DNA of 64,000 bases from Antedon mediterranea (lineage: Eukaryota; Animalia; Echinodermata). Shown here piece by piece: positions 1 through 55,300 of the stretch (positions are counted from its first letter, which is position 1; every line of letters starts with the position of its first letter). Location: NCBI RefSeq assembly GCF_964355755.1, contig NC_092675.1, positions 24,214,912 through 24,278,911 on the forward strand. Reading direction: 5' to 3'. The translations under genes were made by a program, and so were the position numbers. The notes below the pieces were generated by a model. That model searched no databases and had not been told where the DNA came from. It worked only from the letters and a program-made list of their open reading frames with translations.

Positions 1-40045
<40,045 letters not shown>

Positions 40046-41970
40046 GATGTTATATAAAAATATATTTAATCATTGCTTTCATATAAAATAATGTATATAT
40101 TAAGACGACTAAGACCAGGTATTTGCCTTGCTCTCAACACACTGTTCCTTCCCAACGAATTGCCCGGCTTAAGCATATATTGACGTTATGCCTAAATTCA
40201 CATATACAATCATTTCTCAATTAGTACACAGTGATAACACATTTTCTATTAGGCATTCAATAATCCCAAAAATATACCATGCATTTGCATAAACCGTTCT
40301 AAATTTAAAAACAGGGTTACATTATCGTAAATTATATAATTATAAAGGGGTAATTGCCTATTGTTAAATTCTTGAATCAAAGGACAAGTGTAAATAAAAT
40401 TGTATTGTCATAAAAATCATAGATTTTTCATTTGAGCTTTTTAGCTACGTCACATCAATGTCAAATTAAATTATTGCAGCACGGTACACTAATATTACGG
40501 GCAAAGACTGTTAAGAAGTTAGGATATTAGTATCGGGTATAATTATGCATTCAATAGTGTTTGGATACAACAGTGTGTCAAATAATAATAGAACACCACG
40601 GCTAATAAACTGTCAAAATAAATGGTGTACAAATCTTGTAATCGATCATTTTGACCACCGATATGCATTGGCACCTCTACAATAAGAATGTTTATAAGAT
40701 ACTATAAAACAGAATCATTTCAAATGAAAGTCGTTGTTGCATTTTCTGTTTTCGATTATCCTTATATACTTATATTCTGAGCGTGGTAGCTGGACCAAAT
40801 AAATATTATTTCTTCATGCCGTTTGAATGCCGAGAATTGTCAATTTGACGACACAATTATTGTCATTACCTGTACATAGGCCTACACCTGATCAATATAG
40901 GCCTAGGCTATGTTCTAGCATTGCATAGTCATGTTGTCTTATAGGGATAATGATGCAAAATTAAAACCAAATTAAACATTATCTGTTAGAATTTTGTATT
41001 AATATTACAATAAAGAAAGAATTACGAAAATCTGAATTGTAGTTTTCGAAATATAGAGTCTAAAACATCGCCGAAAATGATCATTTTTAGCCACAAAAGA
41101 AGTAAAACAATTTGCGGCCTCAGTCGACAATTCTATTAACTACGTCATTTCTGGTTAAAATAATTTCATTACGCTTTTAAGTAATTTATTTTATATATCA
41201 CCATTTGAAAAACAATAAAACATGTTATTAAATGTTTATATTAATATACAAAGTTGTTTACTTAAAAATGCATTGTACGCCAAAAACATGAAAAATTAAG
41301 TTATTAAATCAGACTTTGAATATGTTATTTTGTAGTTTTAATAAAGTTAATCACTTCCATAGAAAAAAAAATGAAAAAGAAATAATAATATTATTATTAT
41401 AATAAATGGTTAAATTCAATCAAAAACACACTGGCTGGCAGTAAATTTGGCCACTTTTTTTGCTTTAAATTACAGTTTTTTCATATAAATACATTTTTTT
41501 TCGATCCAATTTTTGTTCAAAGTGGATAACTATTATGTTACATTAAAATGGCATATACAACACAAATTTAGTTAAGAATGATTTTTTCAGGGGGACAATA
41601 CATCTTTAACGGAATTTAGACAAATTCATTGCTCTAAATTTTTGTAGTAACGATCAGAGAGCCCATGTGACTTCATTGTACACGTCACGCGCGATAGAAA
41701 ACATTCCGCGCTGCGGGTGATTCGCATCCACCAATCACATCAAATCAGCCAGAATCCAAAATCATTCAACCGTGAGCCATGCCGATCAAGCTCAAATTTG
41801 ATTGACTTACAATGAAATCATATCACAAAATTCTGTTTAAAAAATGAATGAATAAATACCTGGATATTTTTTATGGTATGTGTGCTTTTTCTTTAAAAAA
41901 TTTGAATAATAAAGGCCTCATATCGAGAAAAACAGTTTTTTGCACTTATAATAAATATATCTTAGAGAAA

Positions 41971-42810
41971 ACAAGGCCACCAGCCATTAAGTCGCGTGCT
42001 ACAATGCATAGTGATACCGGACCGACAGACAGACCGACAGACAGACCACCGACAGACCGACAGACAGACAGACAGAGAGACCGACCGACCGACATAGTGA
42101 ACTATACTGACCGAAATTACTGAACATGTTTAAAAATGTTGAAATGTTTAAAAACATTTATTTTTTTAAAATTTACACGTGCGTAGCCTGTCACTTTCGA
42201 CGTGCTCGTATAACGTAATTTCGAGTTGAAAAGTAAGTCAAGAAAACAGAAATCGGGCAAAAAGAGTGCGCAATAACATTTAACGCGCAGTGCGCGCGCA
42301 AAAATATGCGCACTCATGGCAATTTTGTAAACGCTTAAAATTGCCTGAAATGTACTCTTATTTCATCGAAAATAAATTTTGAAAATGTTAAGCGCGCGTA
42401 CGCATGCGTTACATGCGCTACGCACGTAATTGTATTGCCATATGATGATTTATGCCCTGAAATTTATGAGTACCAAATTTTATTTAATTGTGATTCATGG
42501 TTGTGAAGATATGATTACAAACGTGATTTCGTTAAATCGTGCGTAGACCGCGTAATTTTTTATTGCGCACCGTGAAAACATAACCACATTGATTCCTGGC
42601 CATAAGGAATATACTGTGAAAAATTGACCTAGCTAGATTAAACTGATATCAAGATAAGGTCAGAAAGCGATAAAACGCATAGTGATACCGGACCGACAGA
42701 CAGACAGACAGACAGACCGACAGACAGACCGACAGACCGACAGACCGACAGACAGACAGACAGACCGACCGACATAGTGAACTATAGAGTCGCTTCCACG
42801 CGACTAAAAA
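41971..42810 (-). mobile_element. DINE-1/HINE-like element, more complete copy
   Basis: Same subTIRs and microsatellites as 29378-30107, plus a 3' ATGGCTGGTGGCCTTGTT end on the minus strand. Confidence 0.72.
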
Positions 42811-45800
42811 GCATGCATAGCATGTGGAACTACATTATCTTGGCCTAGGAAGACAAACAAATCCCAGGTCATGAGAGGCTCAATTACTAAAACAAGGTTG
42901 AATAGGGTCGGGTCACCGGCGGACGTTCAAAGACGTTTGAGTAAACAATCTAGCGCGTACGGCGTACTATATTTTAACCACATTTGTTACGTGTTTGGTC
43001 AGAGAAACAATGCACTACCAAAATAGATCGCGTTGAGTCTTTAGGCAGCCTAGCTAGGCTTAGCAAATTTGTAGGCTTAGCTGGTAAATATCGGGAGCGT
43101 ACGAACATCGTACGCTGCTTGACACTGTATAGTTATTTAATTAATTTTCTTTCTGATTTTGGCAGAATCCGTTCATACAGATTTGGGACAACCAGGTACT
43201 TCCGCTTAAAATTTAAATCTTCCATTTGTTGTGGCTTCAGGTAAAAAAGTCGGTGAATTACCGAAGAAAGACGAAAATATCAATCCGCACGCAATACTTG
43301 TTGGAATTTATAGCGGGCCGTTTAAATTAGAATCGACTTATTTTTTACATTTTTTACCATTTAAAGACGAAACAAGTTTTCTCAATAGGATCATATAGTA
43401 TTTATTTTTATATTAAATGTAGTTTGTAACCTTAAATTATCTAACACATATAACAGATCTAAAAACGTAGGGAATTGGACTTACCGTAAATGCGGGTGGA
43501 ATGTCATCCAGGTGCTTGTCGATATAAACAATGGCAAATGTCGAAAAACCGATTGAAAAAAATCACACACAGCGAAGCACATCAAAAGAAAAACTTGTTA
43601 AAAACACCAAACTATGTATACAAATTCAATTAAAAGGTCAAAAAATAGTATCTATACAGTCTCCCAACTAGACTTTCTCCGAGTCTGTGTTTCTTTTTCA
43701 TGTTAGTCCATGGTCCAACAATCGGCGTTTACATTTTTATTAAACGTATGAAACGCCAAACGTACCAAATTCGAAACACAGCCTACGACTATATGCAGCA
43801 GACTGTTTCAAGAATAGATAATTTTCGCTAAAAATGAATTGAAAGAGAGACGATAAAGAAAATAATAAATTCAAGTAAAAACGCCTTTAAAACATCTCAA
43901 TGAAATATGTCGTATTTCAGTACATAGTTATCAAGAACATGCATTTTGATTACAACATCCTATACATTTCCTATACTCATACATATCTCTCTCTCACACA
44001 TAATTGTCACGATAATGGATGTGATACATAGATAACAGTTTAAAATAGTAGGAAAAGTGAACTACCACAGCAATCAATAATATTGTGAGCATGTATATGG
44101 AATTCAGTGTTATCAATACAGACAATGATAGTTAAATGTTGAAATGAAGAGAACATTGTATTAGAACATGATAACGGATTAATGGACATTGCGTGTGTTT
44201 TAATTTAAAACAAACATCGACACAAACATTCATTAACTCATGAAATGCAAGTGTTTCAGTAACATGGTTTTAATAAGTTCTGTTAGTATACAACATAATT
44301 ATGAAAACGCGGCTGTGGGTATTAGTGACTGTTCTCAATGTGGTTACAAAATAAAATAAGCAAAAAGCTAAATCAAAACGATAATGAAATAGAGCTTTCT
44401 GGCAACACTAGCATACATATTAGTTATATTATATAGCGTATTTTAATTCGAGAATGACCCTTGTTCGAAACGGTATCATGAGATTGCCGTTTCGATGATC
44501 GTAATTGAATTCCTATTATAAAGACTGAGTAATCGTGTCCCCGTCATTTAGAAATGTAAACTCTATTGAAATCCCGAGGACTGTAATAATGACTGAATAC
44601 ATTTTCGTGAAGCAACTTTCCTTTTGTGATCGGTCAAACTCTTTCTTAAGCTGTACATATTTTCAACATCTTCGAAATTGAAGAGGTTTAAATCTCTCGA
44701 CGAAGACTAGGCCTACTTAGTAATTATTATTAGGCTACTTTAAACTGTGGACTTATTTATTTAATTCTTCGTGTAAGTACTAATTATTAAGTACTAGACC
44801 TAATGCCTAGGTGACTATTTTATTGCCAAGGAAACATAAATGAGTATTTATTTGGTAAGGTAGGTTGATAAATCTATTTATAAATAATGTTATTTATGCA
44901 CATGCAAGCAAAATCAGACATAAGTCGTATACATATATATATTTGTATAGACAGCCAAAAACAATAAAAAACTGAAAAATTACAATTTTTTTTACAGAAA
45001 ACGATAGTTGAAACAATATGTATTTAAATTATCTTGGTGTTTTTCTATTTTGTGACACATAAATCCATACATTTTAACCTTTTGTGTCGGTGTAAATTAT
45101 GTAAAATTTTCATAAAACCTATCTAATCATGTTTTATGCTTAAATTGAAAGTTTTTGCATAATAGAACAATAGTTAATGAACAAAGGTGTGAAGTTTCAT
45201 TGAAATAAAACAATTATAATACCACTTTGCTAAGACGTAAACTTAAACGCCCTGTTTATTTTTACTTGGCATTTCCTGTTATGCCCATTTACTTTCCTTT
45301 ACCAACATCTTTCTCAAAACACTGGCCAAAAACCAAAACTTTAGACTCTGTGATATCTCTAGGAGAAGACATGGTATCAAGATATTTTGTCAGTATATTA
45401 AATCTTGGATTATGCAGTTCAGCATTTTGTGAAATTTCAATTTTGAAAATTCAAAATTATGTCTGATTTCGCTTGTATGTGCCACAATATAAGAGGTAAT
45501 GTCTTATGCTTTTCTGCATATGGTTTTTCATTTTTTATTTATTGTTACAATTTCTACCACATACAAAGCATACTGTACAGCCTACAAAATAACCTAAACA
45601 TTATTTAACAATTAGTATCACATGGTCTACAGTCATATCTGAGTTTGAATATCTTGAATAATATAATTAATTTGTAGATAATTTTCCCGCATAAAATATA
45701 GAGTAAAAAAAGCTACTAATTTTACTGTAAACTATAGACTATAATGTATGGCACCCACTTAATTATATGCCAATTGATCATCTATGGTTAAAGTAGGCCT

Positions 45801-46333
45801 ATTCTAACTGATCCACTGAATACGGACTTTCTGAAGGCATTTCATGTTGTGCCAGGGACATCCCTTGCTGAGATTATAGTGTATTGCACAAAAGCAATAC
45901 AATTATAAGACTAAACAATACGCCATCAAATGTGATCAGACGTGTTCTTTTAGATCGGTTTAGGCATAGAGATATTATAGTGAAATACAATAATATATCT
46001 ATGGTGATCCGAAATGAAAGGATGGAAACATTTTCGCACCCCCACTGATTATGGAGCTATATATAGCATGGTGTGATATTTGGAGTATTCTCTAGTGCGT
46101 TTGATATATTTTTGTAGTTGGTGAACAGTTTTGGTCGATATACAAACATGTACAACTTTCTTAACTATGCACATTTTTTATCGTGTTGTCTATGTATATT
46201 TATTTATGTACAAAACAAAATAAACTACAGACCAAGAGTGTTTAAACATTACCGAGTAACTATTTGAAATTACAGCAGTTAAAGTAAATCACCCACGGTA
46301 GTAGGCCTAAAAGCAAGTTAATCAGTTACTAGT

Positions 46334-49300
46334 CTATTTGTAGTTAATCCTATGGCGGCGGTCAATCCATCTTTCATCCTCTATATCCCGTGTATGTCGA
46401 TTGTCGTATACATGCTGGTGAAAATAAAGAAATAAATCAAATTATTTTTTGTCATTAACTTGTATTTAAAGATGTATTGTCCCTTTGACTAATTCCAAAA
46501 AAATAAAAAATAAAAGATTTCGAAAAAAGGTGGGTCATTTTGAAGTATCATAATAGTTATTAACTATCACCAAAAAATTTTTCGAAAAAAAAAAATTTAA
46601 CTGAAATACAGACGTTTTTTTGTTAAAAAAATTACTTTGACTTCCAGTCAAAGTTTTCAATCAAAACATATCCCATAATGAAACGCACTTGTTTGGCTAC
46701 TCTGTATGCATAATCATAAAACTTCCTCATGATCTGTGTGAAAATACCTTCTTAACCGTGACGAGTTGTAAACAATCCTAATTTAGCATATGCAAAATGC
46801 GTACTCATGGTTTGAAATCTTTGTTTACTTTCGCTCATGACGATTTTCCAGATGAAATGTAATTAAACTAATTTACCTGTTAATTACGTAAACTTGTTGT
46901 TTTTGGCTCGAATTTTCGACTTAAAGTGAATAACTTTAATATTACTTTGATATGGCCACTTTAAATTTAGAATATTTTGACTTTAATTTTTTTGTGTTTC
47001 AAGGGACAATACATCTTTAAAAGATGTTTGGGATGTTTACAGTACTCACCATGTGTTCTTTTCCGCTGGCGACGTATGGCCGACGGAATTCAGTATGCGG
47101 GAGCGTTCTGTTATATCCAAATAACTGTGAAGAATGTGAATAAAGAAATAATACTATTTTATTAGAATGAAAACAGTACAATAGTGTATGTATAAAGTTC
47201 TGCTTTAAATATAATTTGAAAATAATAATAAAAATGCATATATCAATCCCATAAACAAACTTACATCGGATGGGGAGTTTAGCATATGTTGGCGTATATT
47301 TCGGGGGACGTCTGAGTTAGATGAAGTAGTAAGACTGTCACTATCCAGGTGTCCAAAATGATAAGGCATTGCATTACCATACATCATTGACTTCTTCAGA
47401 TTTTGAATTCTTCTGTTGTACATAAACAATAGACCACCGACAATGCAGCATATTAATATTATAAAAACAAGGATTCCAACAGTCAACCCAATCACAAACA
47501 CAGTTATGTCATCTGTAATTAATGAATATAGCTTACATTATCTTCAAAAGAGCAACAAGAAATATTATTTGATTAAAAATTAATTGTGGAATCAAATTTT
47601 CATCTAAGAACTACTAATTGTATACTGGTAATGTATAATATATTAGCACAGTCATGTTATAACGAAAACGATATAATGTCTCACAGTAAACACATACTAC
47701 GTTTTATATTTGTATTATGGTTTGGAAAGCATGTCATTTAACCATTTCATTTCATTTATTTATTTCACTTTACAAATATATAAATATAAAGTGGAGGAGC
47801 CTAAAAGAAAACAAAGCTTGTGGTGAATAGGCTCCTCAAAACAAAACAAATAAAATATAAATAATATAACAACGATATTCACTTTAATATAGGCCTATCA
47901 TTGGACCTACTCATAAATAGGCCTACTTAAAGATGTATTTTCCCTCAAAATGAGGAAAATTAAAGTTTAATTTTAAAAGAATTTAAATAGGCCATTTTGT
48001 AGTTTTAATTATGTTAATCACGTCCGTAGAAAAAAAAATTCACTTACAAAATAAACGGTTAAATTCAAAAGCCCGTCGACTTTCAGTCAATTTGACTATT
48101 TTTGCGTTAATTTACATTTTTCCAGAATATAATTGTTTCTTTAACCAATTTTTGATCAAAGTGCATAAATATTATGTGACATTAAATGGCATATTCAAAT
48201 AAGCCTGAAATAGTATAACGTACCACTTTCATTTTGACATTTATCACCTTTGTAACCAGACGGACATTTGCAAATAGGAGGCTGTAAACTATCCGAACAT
48301 GTCCCTCCATTAGAACAGTAATCGGAAGTACATAGTAACACTAAAAAAAAACACATTATTCTTAATTGACTCAACTTAATAACAATAATTACTAATTAAT
48401 TACATTTACAAAAGTGGATAAAGCATCGTTTATCATTTTATCAGTTAAATTCACGTAACTATTTATATACTTATCCGTTTTAACATGTTTTATTAAATGA
48501 AACTTGTCCACGAATGTATCGTTATAGTAGGCCATATATTATTTATTCAATTATTATTGGATGAAAATTTAAAGTCAACCGAATTCAAAATTCAATAGTA
48601 AATCAGTTTAATAGAAAAAAAACATATAAAAAAAAAACAGATGAATACACATTATTATTAAAGAATTACTGTAATACTGTATGTTAAACTACTTTAACTT
48701 ACTTTCTGTGACAGTTATAGATTCAGTATCAATACCAAATTCAGTACCCGGCAACTGATTATTATCAATTCCATTTATAAGAACATTTTGTATTTCTTCA
48801 GAAGATGTGGTGTCTTCTTGGTATACCAGGTCGGTATTGGCAATAATGCTGCCAGGCTCGAAACTTGAAACCGAGCATGTGCGACTGTTACGGGATATTG
48901 TACTTTGATCAACTATATTTGTTACCTATGAACAAGAAAATAAGAATTAGAATACTTCCGTGAATTAAGAGAGTACAATTTGACAATAATTTAGAACTTG
49001 AACAACACATTAAAAGAACTAATGAAAAGGACTGAAACGAAAAACTGATTCAGTTTATGAAATATCTAAAATAAATTGGATACTATAAAAACCAAATTCA
49101 TACTTTAATAGATTACAAACTTTGTTTTAAAATGGTTACACTTACCGAATTACAAATTTGTTGTTCATACAACATGTAAAGTGCAGAATTTGGGTCACCT
49201 AAATCATCAACATATTCTGCATCTGAACTTCCGATACTGATAATGCGTATGGAAATAGAATATGTTGTACCTAAAAGAAATCAAAGATTTAAATATACAA

Positions 49301-52300
49301 AGTTATTTCTCAGGTAGCGAGAGTGATTTGTGTAGGATGTTATAATATGGTTGGTGGAGGTAAAATAAAACCTCATTGACGGAGGTAATACATATACACA
49401 CAAACCTTCTGTGGCTGTAGTAGTTTCAATGTTTGCCGTAGTTTGCTGTCCTGGTGCTGTAGTTTCCACATTGGGTGCCGTAGTCTTGACTTCATCGGGT
49501 GCCGTAGTCTTGACTTCATCTGGTGCTGTAGTTTGCTGTCCTGGTGCTGTAGTTTCCACATCGGGTGCCGTAGTCTTGACTTCATCGGGTGCCGTAGTCT
49601 TGACTTCATCGGGTGCCGTAGTCTTGACTTCATCGGGTGCCGTAGTCTTGACTTCATCGGGTGCCGTAGTCTTGACTTCATCGGGTGCCGTAGTCTTGAC
49701 TTCATCGGGTGCCGTAGTCTTGACTTCATCGGGTGCCGTAGTCTTGACTTCATCGGGTGCCGTAGTCTTGACTTCATCGGGTGCCGTAGTCTTGACTTCA
49801 TCGGGTGCCGTAGTCTTGACTTCATCGGGTGCCGTAGTCTTCACTTCATCGGGTGCCGTAGTCTTCACTTCATCGGGTGCCGTAGTCTTGACTTCATCGG
49901 GTGCCGTAGTCTTGACTTCATCGGGTGCCGTAGTCTTCACTTCATCGGGTGCCGTAGTCTTCACTTCATCGGGTGCCGTAGTTTTCACTTCATCGGGTGG
50001 CGTAGTCTTCACTTCATCGGGTGCCGTAGTCTTCACTTCATCGGGTGCCGTAGTCTTCACTTCATCAGATGCAGTAGTCTTAACCTCATCAGATGCAGTA
50101 GTCTTAACCTCATCAGGTGCGGTAGTCTTCACTTCATCCGGTGCTGTAGTCTTCACTTCATCAGGTGCTGTAGTCTTTACTTCATCAGGTGCTGTAGTTG
50201 TTACTTCATCAGGTGCTGTAGTCTGTACTAGCGGTGCTGTAGTCTGTACTTCTGGAGGTGTGGTTTTTGCATCTGCTGTTGTAGTTGACTCTCCTGTCAT
50301 GGTAGCATCTTGTGTTGTAGTCAATGTGGATTCAGTTGAAGGTTGAATTGTGGATACAACTGAAACGGAAAACAATATGATTGACATACAAATTAAATAT
50401 AATATTATTAACTTGCATTATTTTTGTGTATATACACTAAATTAAATATTTTGTTTTCTGGAATTGAGGTCACTGCTAAGAACTACAACCTATTGGTAGA
50501 CTTACAAGGCAACATTGCAATCAAAGATGCTGTATCTATAGAACTGTCAGGTGGTACTTGGCTATTATCCGCACCAGACAAACCTCCGTAGAATGCTGCA
50601 GCAATGTCGTAAGAGTCAAGGTCAGTTGATGCAGGAAGATCAAGTCTGAAAGTAACTTCTTGGAACAAAGATACTGCTCTGTACATATGTATGCTTACTT
50701 GCAATATTGAACTACTGATGTTTGACATCTCAAAAATAGCAAACACCTAGTAAAGATATAAAGTTGTCAAAGTTGTACAAAAAACTACATACAGATACAA
50801 AATTTGTAATACTATACGCATTCATTGAATTCAAACACACATATTTGATAAAAAATACGTATGGTCATCTGAGTTCCCGTGGACAAAAGGGCGCCGATCA
50901 GTTTTGAAAAAAAAATGTGTACACAAAAACAGTGTAGGCAGCATATATCCTATATCAACACAGTAGTGCAACAATTACAATCATTTGCTTAGTTGTTTTC
51001 AATAAGTATTTATTATACATAAATCAAATATATGAATTTTAAGGTTGTATGGTAATAAGCCATTTATTGAAGATTTTTAAAATAATACAAATCACTTACG
51101 TCAGCTGTGAGCTGGGTTTGTGTATCAATAGAATTCAGAATATTTGGCATTGCACTGACAATGACTCCTTTTATGTCCGTGAAATTGATTCCCAAATACA
51201 ACGTTAATGATTCTTGAAAAATTAAATAATTTTACAGTTATGTACAATACATTTTAGACTACCAAAACCTACAATTTATAGTATTTGACCGTGCACATAG
51301 TTAAGCCATTGACCGTGTGCATAGATATGTGAAATCCCGTGCCGAACATAGATAGGCATGATTAATTACACAGTTCTTTAACAATTAATTTCTTTTTCAA
51401 TCTGTTAAACTGTGAACACCCTGATGTTCCATATAAATATACATTATCATTCATAAATTTTAATAGTGAAACTATGTTTCTGTTATGCCTACAGATCAAG
51501 TAATTTACCTATACAGATCTCTTGCACTTCTACTAAATTTTCTTGGCAAACACATGTATAGTTCCCATCATAATTAACACACATTCTGTTTTCTTCAATG
51601 TCACATCGGTTAGAAGAAAGACATTCATTAACATCTGTCAATTGCAATAATTCGAGAAAAATGTTATTTAAAATATCAATAATGTGCATATAGATAGCGA
51701 TTGTACCTGACTCAACACCGGATTAACTGTATTGTCATATTATGTCCAAACATATAAACATTAACGGCTCGAAGAACAATATTATTATTAATAAGAAACT
51801 ATAGCACATTAACACTTTTATGGATACAAATTACGCCGCAATGGCGGACAAAGAGATGAAATTTTTGGTCTTGTATGGGATGTGCATGGAGCCTCATAGT
51901 CACAAACAAAATGACAGATGAAAAAAAAATCACAAAGTTGACATATTTAATACCTGAACATTGATTTCCATTGCCTTGATATCCGTCTATACAGGAACAC
52001 TCAAATATTCCCGGAATATTCTGACATGTTGCCATGTTAGAGCAATTGTGAGTATTCAGCTCACACTCGTTAACATCTAGAATGAAAACAAAGTATAACA
52101 CGATTTCAAAGAACAAAATATGTACTGGAAGACGACGTAATAATTTAGTGGTGATAATTATCTTTTTTTTAAGAATACAGTGCTAGATTTCTGAACAGGT
52201 TTCTAGTGACGACGTGACTTATGTTAAAAAGTATCAATAACCTGATCCTATGTGGAGATAATAACAGAACGTGTGTATGATTATACATCTAAGCGCATTG

Positions 52301-55300
52301 TTTGATTTACCGCAAACTGACTAAAATGGAAAAGAATATCAATTATAAGACGCTGGAGCGTTCTACCGCCTGAGGATGGAAGGATGCAACATCTCTTATT
52401 GCACTTGTAATTTGTACCTACCGTTACAATTTCCATCTGTTGCAATATCTCCACTACTAGCATATCCATCATTACACATGCACAAGAAAGATCCTTCCAA
52501 GTCCATGCACGATGCATTTTCATCACAGTTGTTAAGATCATCAGATACGCACTCATTAATATCTATTGTATTAACAAAAAGTAGTATCTTTTACGTTGTT
52601 TCTTTTTATACAGAGAAGCTTACTAGAGATTTTGTGCTGATGGCACTAGTTGCAATCTTTTATGCGTGCGTAATTATTGAATATTTAACAGTAAATAATT
52701 TCTGGTAATGTTGATAACATACAAAAACAGAACAAGAATATATTCTCAAAACGTAATATGCGTCATTACTCCTCTGAACTCTCAACACTGACCTATAAAC
52801 CTTCCCAGTAGTACTTCCGGTAACGTTGATACCCCATGTTTGAATGCGTGTACAGTAATAAAAATAACTGCGTGATAACATCCAAAGTGGGGAATTTATC
52901 ATTTTGTGTGCTAAATTAGATCCAAAATGTCAAATATAATCTTAAGAACATCATGCGGTCATTTTGATACCCTATCGTTTGTATTGTGTTAAAAATTAAC
53001 TTACTATCACAAACAGTTCCGGTCCCATTGAATCCAGAATTACATACGCATGTAAATGATCCAGGTGTATCGGTACAGGTGGCTTTTGTGTGACAATCAT
53101 TTGTGTTTTCTTCACATTCATTTATGTTGGTACAGTATGTTGATCCGTCTCCTCGGTATCCATCCTGGCAGGTACATGTGTATGCGCCAACTAAATCTGC
53201 GCAATCAGCGTTTTCAACACATGTATTGTTGTTCATATCACATTCATTAATATCTAATTGAACCAAAATAAAAAATCACTAAATATAGATAATTTAATTA
53301 GTAATTTAAATTTTATATGAACAGTTACGACGAGGGTTTAGACTATCATTATACGTGTGCTTTCTAAACGGGACTTTATTTTTCCCCACTCGGTGTTACA
53401 GTAGGTCTAAGGAAATGCCTTTTTGTTGCTTCGTTAAAATACAAATTCAAGTGAAGTTCAATCAAACCATCCAAAATTTATAACTTAGCCTTGGATCACA
53501 ACAGTAATTAACATGATGTTGATAGGACTAGAGTTAAATACTTGGGTAGGTAATTATAAGTTTCGCCCCTTTTCCGTAAGACAGTATATTAAATTCTGAA
53601 TTCATGAAGCCTGTTTTCCCATTAGCGAATATATTCTAGAGAATCAAACATTGCTGAATCATGTTTGGTTGCGCATTTTTCCACGTCACAAAAAGTAGAT
53701 GAACATTAAACATTAACATTAATGCGCACTTACATTTTCGATTTGTGGCAAATGTAATAGTTGAAAGGTATGAACTGATAAATAATTTTTAAAATTTCTT
53801 TAGTGGACTTGGTTTAAGCTTCAATAATTAGTGGAGTGTTTATTTATTTCGTTGTTTTATGTCTGTATTTTGTCTGTGTAGATACAATTACATATGTATC
53901 AACTATGTCAGTCATACGCACGCAATCAAGCCTCGTTCTACCGATAATAAAAACAACTCTTATTTTATTTTATGTGTCATTTAAAATGTACATCTTACTT
54001 TGACAAGTTGCACCATCGCCAGAAAATCCAGAGTTGCAGGAACATGAATAATTACCAGGTGTATTGGTACAGGTGGCCATTGAATCACATGGCATAGCTG
54101 AACATTCATTATTATCTGCAGATACAATAATGAAACAAACATCCAAATAATAGTAGTAGTACTAATACGAAGAAGTGGTGCCAAAAACGGAAAAAAAGAC
54201 AAACAAAAATATAAATAAGAAAGAGAAAAAACAAGAGAAAATGGAAAAAGAATAGAAAAAAAAAAATAAAAAGATAAAAAGAAGAAAAAAGAAAAAGACA
54301 AAGGAAAAAACAAATAAAAAAAAGAAAAAAGAAAAAGAAAAAATAGACAGACAGAAAAAAAACTGGGTAATTTTACAATTTCGCACAAATTGACTTACCA
54401 AAGCACATCATACCATTGCCTGTATATCCATCATTACAATGGCACATGTATGATCCATTATTATTGCTGCAGTACGCTGCATCATCACATCGGTCATACT
54501 CGCATGTTTCATTTCCAGAACAGTAAACACGAATATGTTCACATTCATTGATATCTATAAATAAACAAAATCATAATAGGTTATAGTTTTGCGGTACACT
54601 ACGTATATACTGAAAAGAAGTGTTGAGTTTTTCGACGTTTCGATCAATATGCTTTGATCGACCTCAGGAGTTAGAATGCACTCTGTGCCGCAAATTTTAT
54701 ATCAAACATTTGATATCGCTATGCAAACCTTCAAACAATGTATTAGGCTTTAAATTCAAAAGTCATCAAACAGGTCTATATTTATAGTATAAATAATAAT
54801 GTATTCGGTAATCTTTAATTAAATTCATTGATATTTTATAATACACATTAGTGTAATTGCCAATTCCGTTCTATTCAGAGTTATAAATTTACAAATGTAT
54901 ATATCATGCATAAATTTATATTAAAGTTAAGTGGAGCACAGTAATTTAGGTTTTTCATATTATTAAAGGATCTTGATTGCTGATTCTGCAACTTTTGCTG
55001 TTGCAACACATATAATAAAATTAAAGTATTGTTGTATCTAAGATGTTGTATCAGAATCAATACTTTGTAAAAGAATAACATTCTTACATGAATGATATAT
55101 GAGAAAAACCATTTGATTTTATACTTTACCGGTACATTGTTCACCATTGCCGTTATATCCAGAGTTACAGGAACACATATGCGTACCAGGTATATTTAAA
55201 CACATTGCATTGTCACTGCATGTACCAGGAATCTCACATTCATTTATATCTATAGAATATCAAAACATAAACATATAACAAAATTATTATTATAATTATG

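Noticed and set aside
42830-43760. CpG-richer segment with donor-like sites, possible promoter or non-coding exon of the protease gene
   Set aside because: No ORF or diagnostic motif; could equally be transposon interior. Cannot be supported without TSS data.
49430-50265. CRISPR-like array
   Set aside because: Contiguous coding repeat with no unique spacers, in eukaryotic DNA.
49373-50346. Long ORFs in other frames and on the opposite strand (MKSRLRHP, SSGAVVLT, FIGCRSLD repeats)
   Set aside because: Shadows of the stop-free 24-bp mucin repeat; only the TTAPDEVK frame has matching splice sites and phase.
53981-54401. Phe-rich ORFs resembling membrane proteins
   Set aside because: Translation of an A/G-rich intronic low-complexity tract between two EGF exons.
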